The position numbers and the translations under genes were made by a program. DNA of 64,000 nt from Candidatus Hydrogenedentota bacterium (GTDB taxonomy: Bacteria; Hydrogenedentota; Hydrogenedentia; Hydrogenedentales; JAEUWI01): positions 40,775 through 104,774 of the forward strand of contig JAXMOL010000025.1 in the NCBI GenBank assembly GCA_034669905.1, in the 5' to 3' direction. Shown here piece after piece: positions 37,534 to 46,007 of the stretch; the stretch's first letter is position 1; each line of letters begins with the position of its first letter. Below the pieces are notes generated by a model. That model was not told the DNA's origin and searched no databases. It was given only the letters and a program-made list of their open reading frames with translations.

Positions 37534-38745
37534 GTGGCCACCCTCTCTAAAAAGCACCCCGCCTTTCTCGTCGCACTGTTCGTCGCCCTTTCGGCAACCG
37601 CCTTCGCTGCGGACCCCACCCCCAAGGCCCAGCCCAAGAAAGGCCGGACGGTGACGCCACCCCTCTCCGAGAACCTACCCGAGGCCCTCCGTTCCTTGCC
37701 GGTCTTCGGAACGATCACGTGGGAAACCCACCAGCTTCCCTGGGTCGGTGCGGGCCCGGATGAAGGCATCAGCGGCATCGGCATGGTCGAAATCGACGGC
37801 ATCCTTTATGTGGTCGGTGGCTTCATCCCCGGCGGTGATGAAACGGATGACGCGGTGAGTAAACGCACGTCTCGCTGGACCTGGTCCTATGACCCGGCCA
37901 CATCAAAATGGACCCGCCTTTCCGATGCGCCTATTCGCCGGGAATATGTCCGCGCGGTGGCGGCCGAGGGCAAGCTCTATCTCGCCGGGGGTGGCTCCCA
38001 ATACAAGGGCGAGGAACCACCCTATCGGGCCCACGGTGAGTGTGCCGTCTTTGACCCCAAGGCAGGCCCGAAGGGCACGTGGACGATATTGGATCCCTTA
38101 TCGGAAGCGCGCACCCATATGGCGGTCGGCTATGCAGCGGGACAGGTCGTCGTGTTGGGCGGCAATCAGTATGCCTTCTCCGAGAAGGGCTACAGCCACA
38201 ACACGATTCGGGGCACCAATGAAACCCTGGCCCTGAACACGCCGGGGGCCACGTGGCAAACCCGCACGCCCATCCCCGGTGCGCCGCGGGGCTGGTGCGC
38301 TTCCATGCCGGTGGGAGAATCCATCTACCTTTTTGGCGGTATCACCTGGGACGAGAAGAACAATGTCGTGCCTACGCAGGAAACCCTGCGCTATGAGCCC
38401 GCCTCCGATAGCTGGACCGAAAAGTCCGCGCCGCCCCTCCCCATCTCCGGCTGGGAAGGCGCCCTCTACGAGAACCGGTATGCTATCAATGTGGGCGGTG
38501 TCGTGCGGACCTCCCCACGCCATCTGGATGAGCTCAAGGAACTTATCTGGTCCGACATGAGCATCGCCTATGATACCGAGACGGATACCTGGATGCAGGT
38601 GCACGGTGCCCTGCCCCCCGGCGCCGTGTTTAACGACCCCGGCGTCGTCATCCTGGGCAACACCATCTACGTCCTCGGCGCCGAAGGGCCCCACGGCAGC
38701 CACTACAATTATTTTATGGTGGGAAAAATTAACGCGGCCAAATAG
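37534..38745 (+). CDS. secreted Kelch-repeat beta-propeller protein
   Basis: Signal peptide (GTG start after aggag); repeated LYVVGG, LYLAGG and IYLFGG...Y(D/E)P...W blades. Confidence 0.85.
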   Translation: MATLSKKHPAFLVALFVALSATAFAADPTPKAQPKKGRTVTPPLSENLPEALRSLPVFGTITWETHQLPWVGAGPDEGISGIGMVEIDGILYVVGGFIPGGDETDDAVSKRTSRWTWSYDPATSKWTRLSDAPIRREYVRAVAAEGKLYLAGGGSQYKGEEPPYRAHGECAVFDPKAGPKGTWTILDPLSEARTHMAVGYAAGQVVVLGGNQYAFSEKGYSHNTIRGTNETLALNTPGATWQTRTPIPGAPRGWCASMPVGESIYLFGGITWDEKNNVVPTQETLRYEPASDSWTEKSAPPLPISGWEGALYENRYAINVGGVVRTSPRHLDELKELIWSDMSIAYDTETDTWMQVHGALPPGAVFNDPGVVILGNTIYVLGAEGPHGSHYNYFMVGKINAAK

Positions 38746-38924
38746 ATCCTGTTGCTGCAGCGAAGCCCATCGTGTCCCCCAATCCCGCGGCACGATAGGG
38801 TGTGCTCACCTCCAGGCGGGTTCGTTCTCTTTGTAATTGCCCTGAGGGTTCAACTTGAGACGCCTTTCGGTGTATGCTGCATTCACTGTTTTGCCGTGCC
38901 TTCTCAATGGACTGGAGTACCTGC

Positions 38925-41900
38925 ATGTTTTCACGATGCCTCATCGCCGTGTGTCTTTTTTCTGCCCTCACCCTGAGTGGCTTCGCCGACCTCTTGCCCC
39001 CCAAAGTTCGTGAGCCCCAGTTCCCGCTGAAGACCCAGCGTATGCTCCGCACCGATGAAGAAATCGCCCTGGCCCGGGAAAACATGGCGAAGTATCCGAC
39101 GGCCCAGGCGATAGCCGATAAAATCACTTCCCGCGCGGACGTGTGGGTGGCCTGGGAGGACGACGCGCTCCGCGCCCTTATTACCTCCGCCGATGTGCCG
39201 AGGGCCTTCAATGTGGGCACCTCCGGCTGCCCGCAATGTGGCAAGGAAATCTATGAGAAGGGCGGCACCTACCCCTGGATTGTCGACCCCAAGATACCCT
39301 TCAAGGTGAAGTGTCCCGTGGATGGCAGTGTCTATCCCAGCAACGACTACGGGGCCTACTACGCCGATGGCCTCAATGACGAATCCCTCCTCACGGGCGA
39401 TTTCGCCGATGACGGATGGGGATGGGTGGGCCCCGATGGGGAGCGCAATTGGTTCGTGGCTTACGCAAACCACTGGACATGGCAGAATCACCTTCTTCCG
39501 GCGCTCCATTATCTCAGCCGGGCCTATCTCCTCACAGACGACCAACGCTATGCGCACAAGGCCATCCTCATGTTGGACCGAATCGCGGAGGTCTACCCCA
39601 ACATGGACTACCACCCCCAATCACGTTACGGCGCGCTGCAAGCGGCCAACGGTGGGCGCTATAAAGGGAAAATCGTCAATCACATCTGGGAAACCGGCAC
39701 CCTGACAGGCTGCGCCGAGGCCTATGACTATGTCTGGGACGCTATCACCGACGATTCCGTACCCGGAAAAACGAGCGAAGCCGTTCGCGCGAATATTGAG
39801 GCCAACCTGCTGGAAGAAGGCATCGACGCCTATTTCTCCGGAAAGGTCCGGGGCAACTTCGGCATGCACCAGAAGGCCCTGGTCTACGCCGGCCTGGCCC
39901 GCCAATACGGCAATCAAAAGGAGTGGTTCGATGGGCTGCTGAATGAAGGCCAATCCATCGACAGCATGACGGGGCTCAATTACGCGCTGTATAACCTGGT
40001 CTACCGCGATGGACCGCCCTATGAAACGTCCCCTGGTTACAATTTCTCCTGGGTCGTTAATATCACAACCGTGGCCGAAGCCCTCAAGCGTGCGGGGTAT
40101 GAGGTGTACGATCTGCCCAAGATGCGCAAACTCTACGATGGCGTGCTCGACATTGTGAATGCGAACGAGTTTACCCCGGCTCTGGGCGATAGTGGCTCCT
40201 ACCGGGGCGGGCGTATCGGGACCAACCCTTTCGTCTACCAGAGCGCCTGGCGGGCCTATGGCGATCCCCGTTACCGTGATCAGCTCACCTCCTTCGGCGC
40301 GACGGGGGAAAAAGGGATCCGCGATTTCGAGGGCCTTTTCGCCCCCATCGTTGAGGCGTCCGCATCGAACACACCGCCCCTGCGCTCCCGCCTGCTCGAC
40401 GGCTACGGCATGGCCATCCTCAACAATCCGGCCAACACCATTTCGCTCTCGCTCTACTATGGCTACAAGGGCGGCCACGGCCACTATGACCGCCTCCACT
40501 TCTCCCTCTTCGCCCACAGCGAAGTGATGATGCCCGACCTCGGCTATCCTGATTTCATGAACGCCTACGTGCCCGGCATCTTCACGTGGAGCAAGAACAC
40601 CATCAGCCACAACACCGTTACCGTCGACGCCACCCGCCAGCTCATCAACAAACCCGGGACGGTTTACCGGTTCGTCGATGAAGACTACGTTCGTGTCCTC
40701 GATATTGATGCGGCGCGCACCTATCCCCAGACCTCTGAATACCGCCGGCGCATGATGCTAATTGATGCCACCCCCACCCATTCCTATGCAATTGACTACA
40801 TGAGCGTGGCCGGGGGAAGTCAGCACGATTACAGCCTCCATGGCACACCGGGCACCTTCCAGACAGCCTCGGGGAAATGGTCGGAACCCGCCCCCGGAAC
40901 CCTCGCCGGACCGGAGGTCCCCCTGGGCTTTATTTACGACGATCCACGAATCGCCGCCGACGGGTTTACAGGGAGCTACGCCGACTACAAGGGCTCGGGA
41001 TTCCAGCACCTTCAGAACGTGCGCCGTCTGGAAGAAGGACCCGCGACGGGCGAGTGGCTACACGCGAAGAACGCCGAGGCGGGACTCCGCATCCACCTGG
41101 TCAGCGAATCGGACGCGGTGTTTCACACCCAGGCCCAGGTCTCGCCGGTAAAACAAAAGAAGCTCGTGGATTATCTCATTGCACGGAATACCGATGTTGC
41201 GGATACGTCCCACTTTCTCAGCGTCCTTGAGCCCTTCACCACCACCCCGTGGATCACCGGGCAGGAGCGCCTTCCCCTCACCTCGGGCGACGGACAGGCC
41301 CTTCGCGTACAGTGGTCCTTTCCCGAGAAGGGCGAGTGGACCGACGTTATCCTGATCAACCACGGAAGCACCCCCATGACGGTGGCGACACCGTCGGTCG
41401 AGACCGATGCGGCCTTTGTCCTCCTTCGCTTTCACGGGGGCAAGGAAATCCACCGATGGAGCACGGGCGGCACCTTTCTGCGCCATGGCGAGGATCGCAG
41501 CGAGCTGATTGCACCGGTTACGGGGACGGTGGCGCGCGTCGAACCCGCCACGGGGCGCATTCACCTTACAGGTGTCGGCACGGCGACCAACGTCGAGGAC
41601 CTTGTCGGGCGCTACATCCACTTCCAGAATGACATCCGCCGTACCACCCACCCCATCGCCGCGGTGGAAGCCGTGGACGACGGCCTCATTATCACCGTGG
41701 GTGACGACCTCCATGTCGGTCGGGTGCGCGTGGGTAAACTGGAAGACACGGGTTTTACTACGGCCACCGGCTTGTCCTTTGCGCCGGTCTATGACGGCAC
41801 CTATGTCACCGACACGAAATACACGGCGTTGTTTCCGATCCAAGCCCTCGCAGGCGGAACGGTCACGTTTACGTCGCCTCAACTTGATACCGCGTTTGTA

Positions 41901-41975
41901 CCCGGGGAAGATGCCTGGATCATTAACGTGGGACCGGGTGACCGGGTAGAGATTCCGTTGGCCACAGTGCGCTAG
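38925..41975 (+). CDS. secreted heparinase II/III-like polysaccharide lyase
   Basis: Signal peptide; YETSPGY; GHGHYDRLHFSLF...PDLGYP; NTISHNTVTVD. Confidence 0.82.
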   Translation: MFSRCLIAVCLFSALTLSGFADLLPPKVREPQFPLKTQRMLRTDEEIALARENMAKYPTAQAIADKITSRADVWVAWEDDALRALITSADVPRAFNVGTSGCPQCGKEIYEKGGTYPWIVDPKIPFKVKCPVDGSVYPSNDYGAYYADGLNDESLLTGDFADDGWGWVGPDGERNWFVAYANHWTWQNHLLPALHYLSRAYLLTDDQRYAHKAILMLDRIAEVYPNMDYHPQSRYGALQAANGGRYKGKIVNHIWETGTLTGCAEAYDYVWDAITDDSVPGKTSEAVRANIEANLLEEGIDAYFSGKVRGNFGMHQKALVYAGLARQYGNQKEWFDGLLNEGQSIDSMTGLNYALYNLVYRDGPPYETSPGYNFSWVVNITTVAEALKRAGYEVYDLPKMRKLYDGVLDIVNANEFTPALGDSGSYRGGRIGTNPFVYQSAWRAYGDPRYRDQLTSFGATGEKGIRDFEGLFAPIVEASASNTPPLRSRLLDGYGMAILNNPANTISLSLYYGYKGGHGHYDRLHFSLFAHSEVMMPDLGYPDFMNAYVPGIFTWSKNTISHNTVTVDATRQLINKPGTVYRFVDEDYVRVLDIDAARTYPQTSEYRRRMMLIDATPTHSYAIDYMSVAGGSQHDYSLHGTPGTFQTASGKWSEPAPGTLAGPEVPLGFIYDDPRIAADGFTGSYADYKGSGFQHLQNVRRLEEGPATGEWLHAKNAEAGLRIHLVSESDAVFHTQAQVSPVKQKKLVDYLIARNTDVADTSHFLSVLEPFTTTPWITGQERLPLTSGDGQALRVQWSFPEKGEWTDVILINHGSTPMTVATPSVETDAAFVLLRFHGGKEIHRWSTGGTFLRHGEDRSELIAPVTGTVARVEPATGRIHLTGVGTATNVEDLVGRYIHFQNDIRRTTHPIAAVEAVDDGLIITVGDDLHVGRVRVGKLEDTGFTTATGLSFAPVYDGTYVTDTKYTALFPIQALAGGTVTFTSPQLDTAFVPGEDAWIINVGPGDRVEIPLATVR

Positions 41976-42014
41976 GGGGGACGGCCGGTGTGGAGCGTCA
42001 TTTAAGGGAAGCAT

Positions 42015-42191
42015 TGGTGTGAATTAGAATTCCGGACATTTAAGTTTGCTTGAACCTGTGGGGAAATTGGTAATGAATTCCCCTCCTGGGAGGGGTTAGG
42101 GGTGGGTTGGGTCATCCTTCGTGCATTGACCCACCCCCGGCCCCTCCAAGGAGGGGAGTAATCCTCAGTAACTTACGTATTTCAGGTTGCC
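42015..42191. repeat. CCCCTCC/GGAGGGG MITE-like element, copy 2
   Basis: Colinear with 22085-22280 but lacks a ~20-nt insert. Confidence 0.8.
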
Positions 42192-42321
42192 ATAGCGCTC
42201 CGTGCCATAGCCCAAAAGTACCACCGCGACTTCGGGTGCCACGGGCCCCTTGCATTCGCGCCGTGCGCCTTTTATGCTCTTGGGGGTAGACAACGGACCG
42301 GCGGCAGAAGGAGATATCGGG

Positions 42322-43230
42322 GTGCAAACCAACAGGCAATTCGTCTTTCAGGGCCTTTTCAGCAAAGGGGCGTTCTTCATCGCTATCCTCGTGGCTTTTC
42401 GTGGACAGGGAGCCACCCCCACAAAAATTGAAGATAAAACCCTCCACCATCTCATTCAGATAGCGCCGGGCCTTTATTCCGGCGCGGAGCCTGACGGGGA
42501 GGCCGGCTTTGCACGCCTCGCAGAGTTGGGCATCAAAACCGTCGTCAGTGTGGATGGCATCCAGCCGAACGTGGCCCTGGCGAAGCAGCATCACCTTCGC
42601 TACGTGCACATCCCCATTGGCTATGACGGAATCGACGAGGAGGCGGGCCGCACCTTTGCCCGGCTGGCCAGGGAAGCCGAAGGCCCCCTCTACATCCACT
42701 GTCACCACGGCGTCCACCGGGGTCCTGCTGCGGCCGCCATTACGGCTATTGCCGCCGGACTCCTCTCGAACGAAGAAGGTACCGTCTTGCTCAAGCAGGC
42801 GGGTACCAGCCCCAACTACGCGGGACTCTGGCGCGATGTGGCGGCCTACCAGGTGCCCGCCGCCGGCGTGACACTCCCCGAACTCCAGGAAGTTGCCACC
42901 AGTGGCACCCTCGCCGTGGCCATGGCCACCCTGGACCGGGCCTTCGACGAGCTCAAGACACTCCGCCAGACCGGGTGGCAGGTTTCCCCGGAACACCCCG
43001 ATATCGTGCCCGCGCAGCAGGCCCTGCTGGTGCGCGAAGGCTTCCAGGAATCGGCCCGAACCCAGGGCGACACCTACGATGATGCCTTTGGGAAGGCCAT
43101 GAGGGAGGCCATCGCCCAGGCACGGGGGCTTGAAGAAGCCCTCCGAAATAAGGAACTATCAAGGGCCGACGCACACCTCAAGACACTCGCGGCCTCGTGC
43201 ACGCCCTGTCACAAGCAGTATCGCAACTAA
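42322..43230 (+). CDS. exported fusion: Cys-based phosphatase-fold (DSP/DUF442-like) domain plus cytochrome c'-like domain
   Basis: GTG after gaaggag; hydrophobic N-terminus; LYSGAEP...LAELGIKTVVSVD; YIHCHHGVHRG (CX5R); C-terminal CTPCHKQYR. Confidence 0.8.
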   Translation: MQTNRQFVFQGLFSKGAFFIAILVAFRGQGATPTKIEDKTLHHLIQIAPGLYSGAEPDGEAGFARLAELGIKTVVSVDGIQPNVALAKQHHLRYVHIPIGYDGIDEEAGRTFARLAREAEGPLYIHCHHGVHRGPAAAAITAIAAGLLSNEEGTVLLKQAGTSPNYAGLWRDVAAYQVPAAGVTLPELQEVATSGTLAVAMATLDRAFDELKTLRQTGWQVSPEHPDIVPAQQALLVREGFQESARTQGDTYDDAFGKAMREAIAQARGLEEALRNKELSRADAHLKTLAASCTPCHKQYRN

Positions 43231-43245
43231 CGGAGAAGTACCCCC

Positions 43246-44523
43246 ATGAAATCCATCAAGCGCAGAAGTTTCCTCGGCCTACTCGGCTCTGGACTGGCCA
43301 GCACCTCCGCATTAAACACCGCCGGTGCCGCGCCTGCCCCCCCAGCCGCCGCGACGCCCGAGCCTCCGGCCGATACGCCTGCGCCCCTCTCGCCGCTGAA
43401 GAGCAACCGGGAAGACGGCCGCTCCATCGACGGTCCGGGATTCATCCAGGCCTACATGAAGGCCAACCCGCCCAAACTCGCTTTTGACCCCACCATGGAC
43501 GCGGCGGACTTTCCCGCGTGGCAGGCCTCCATCCGCAGCAAGATGACCGAGCTCCTGGCCCTGCCGGAAGTGGGCGAAACACCCGCGCCGAAACACATCT
43601 GGACGGAAGTTCGGGAAGGCTACAGCCTCCAACGCTGGGAAGCCTACCCCGAGCCCTATTGCGTCGTACCCTTTTTACTGCTGGTACCCGAAGGGGTGAG
43701 TGCCCAATCCCCTGCGCCGACCGTCATGTGCTTTCCCGGCTCGGGGCATAGCAAGGAAGCCCTGGCCGGTGAACCCGAGCTGGACGGCAAGAAACCCAAG
43801 AAGGGCACAGAGTGGAAGTGGCGCGACAACCGTCAGGCTCTTTACTTCGTCCAGCAAGGCTATGTGGCGTGCGCCGTGGACAATCCGGCCCGGTGCGAAA
43901 CGGCCAGTCCTTTTCGGAGTTTCATCGAATTCTCCAACTGCGCCATCTCGTGCGGTCGGAACTATCTCGGCATTTCCGTATCCCAAAAGGCCCACATCCT
44001 CGAATGGCTCACCGAGCAGCCCTATGTCGACACGAAGCGCTTCGCCGTGTGCGGACACTCCCTCGGCTCCGACCCTGCCGACGCCCTCGGCATGCTCTAC
44101 CCCGACCGGGTCCACGCCGTCATCCACAACGACTTCTGTTGTAACTGGCGGGAACGTTCCATCGCGCTGGGCGCCTACCCCGACGGACTCCACCACGTGG
44201 TTCCCGGCATGTTCGCGTGGTACGACTCCCCTGACCTTCAGGCCGCCCTCGCCCCCTGTCCCCTCCTCTTCACCGAGGGAGGACGTACCCCCCACCTCAA
44301 CCGTATCCGCGCCGCCTACGCCCTCGCCGATGCCCCGGACAACGTGGAGATCCACTACTACAAGAAGTACCTCACCCCCGAGCTACGTCCCCGTGAGAAT
44401 GATCCCATCCCCGAGGGCGTTACGATGGACGAGTACTTCACCTACGCCAACGTGGATGCCCCCAATCACCGCTTCCGCCCCGACCGCGCCCTGCCCTGGT
44501 TGAAGGGTGTCTTTGGGGTGTGA
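43246..44523 (+). CDS. Tat-exported alpha/beta hydrolase (Abhydrolase_7-like)
   Basis: KRRSFL twin-arginine signal; GHSLG nucleophile elbow; WEAYPEP; TEGG; HRF. Confidence 0.85.
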   Translation: MKSIKRRSFLGLLGSGLASTSALNTAGAAPAPPAAATPEPPADTPAPLSPLKSNREDGRSIDGPGFIQAYMKANPPKLAFDPTMDAADFPAWQASIRSKMTELLALPEVGETPAPKHIWTEVREGYSLQRWEAYPEPYCVVPFLLLVPEGVSAQSPAPTVMCFPGSGHSKEALAGEPELDGKKPKKGTEWKWRDNRQALYFVQQGYVACAVDNPARCETASPFRSFIEFSNCAISCGRNYLGISVSQKAHILEWLTEQPYVDTKRFAVCGHSLGSDPADALGMLYPDRVHAVIHNDFCCNWRERSIALGAYPDGLHHVVPGMFAWYDSPDLQAALAPCPLLFTEGGRTPHLNRIRAAYALADAPDNVEIHYYKKYLTPELRPRENDPIPEGVTMDEYFTYANVDAPNHRFRPDRALPWLKGVFGV

Positions 44524-44802
44524 GGCCGAGGGATAGGGACGTTGCCGCGCCAGGATTCGTAGACCGCAACAAGGTGGCCCTGTGCTATAGGACCATAAAC
44601 GTCCCTCGTAACGGGCGACCCCGAGGCTGGAGGGTCGCCCGGCTTCGTGGGGAGGTGCAGGTCCGCCGGGTGTTTGAAGGTCGTGGCGTGTAGCCGTGTG
44701 GCGCTGCGGGCCCCGTGCGTCGGGCGCGGGGTTGCACTTTTCGGTGGGGGCGGGAGGGCCGACGGATCTGTGCCTGAAATGTCCCATGGGGGGATTCTTA
44801 TG

Positions 44803-44897
44803 TGGAGTGCGTAAGCTTGCTCGCGAAAACCGGCGGGGGCGGGTTGGTACGGGAGCAAGCTCCCTCCGGTAAAGCGGCGGCAAGCCGCCGCAGTCCA
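44803..44897. repeat. TGGAG-type REP doublet
   Basis: tggagtgcgtaagcttgc...gggagcaagctccc...aaagcggcggcaagccgccgcagtcca. Confidence 0.78.
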
Positions 44898-44973
44898 AAG
44901 ATGATGCGCCTTGGCGAAGGGGATGTAAATGTCGGTGACTATCCCTATTTATTATTTCTTCGCTTCCCCTCCA

Positions 44974-45765
44974 TCAGTTTGCTTCCCGTTGAAACGCATC
45001 CGAGGCCGATCGCAGGCAGATGACTGTGCGCCGGAGGAGGTCCTCATAGAGCCGCAACGACTCTTCTTTCGACGCATATCCTGTTTCCGTCGTACCAATG
45101 GCACCTCGCCACGGCCTCATGCTCCGCTCGGCCCGCGACAAGAAGGCTTCGGCCTTTCCACAGGGAGCGAGCCCCCCATGGACGTGCTCATCACCTTCCA
45201 GTTCCAGCACGAGCATCGCATCTTCTTCATAGACCACGCCGCCACCCGTGGCCGCCGCCCACTGCTGCCGTAGGGTCGATAGATCCAGCGTCAGGCCTGG
45301 TCCGATTCTAAGCACCGAATAATCAATCTCGGCCGTCAAACTCTTGAAATAAATCCGAGGCGTATCGGAAGCCGTATGTACCTCCACTTCGAAGGCATCC
45401 GGGGCCTGGTCGCGGACATGCTGCGTAAGCGCATCCAGGCAATCCAGCAACTGCCGACGGTCGCCCCGGAGGGACGCCGTTTGGCCGTCCACAAAACCGA
45501 GGACCACCCCCTTGCCCGAGGGATTCCAGCGATTGAACAGCTTTCCGATGGAGATGGATTCGCTTTGGGCTTTACGGAGGACACCGCAGTAGCGCCGGAG
45601 CGCTTGAATACGCTGAAAACACTTTCCAAAGGCCCTATCAATCACGCCCCATTGCAATTCGGCCTCCGCTCCCACCTCGTTGAAATGGGTGTCGGCAAGC
45701 CGTTCCAATTCCGAAACAAGCTCCGAACAGGCTTTCTCCCCCTTGCGCAACAGTGGGTGCTCCAT
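44974..45765 (-). CDS. hypothetical protein, possibly a degenerate histidine-kinase-like fold
   Basis: 263-aa ORF with RBS gaaagga. Weak echoes of HK motifs (LADTHFNE, GDRRQLLDCL, GPGLTLDLST...TGG). Confidence 0.5.
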   Translation of the reverse strand: MEHPLLRKGEKACSELVSELERLADTHFNEVGAEAELQWGVIDRAFGKCFQRIQALRRYCGVLRKAQSESISIGKLFNRWNPSGKGVVLGFVDGQTASLRGDRRQLLDCLDALTQHVRDQAPDAFEVEVHTASDTPRIYFKSLTAEIDYSVLRIGPGLTLDLSTLRQQWAAATGGGVVYEEDAMLVLELEGDEHVHGGLAPCGKAEAFLSRAERSMRPWRGAIGTTETGYASKEESLRLYEDLLRRTVICLRSASDAFQREAN

Positions 45766-46007
45766 GAAGGTCCTTTCTGAAGAGCGTCGTCACCATGCCG
45801 ACCATGGGCTGTGATGGGCAACTCTCGCGGGCGTTCGATTTCTTTGTTGGCGTTGGGCGCCCGATTTAGTTCGCTCTTGTTGGCGGAGAGTCGTTGACCC
45901 TCCATGCACCACTCGGCATCGCGTGACACGGAGCTTTTGGGTTTCCACCCGCGTCCGGACTCCCGGCAAGCGGAGAATTGAGTCGGATACCTCTAATGGA
46001 CCACTCC

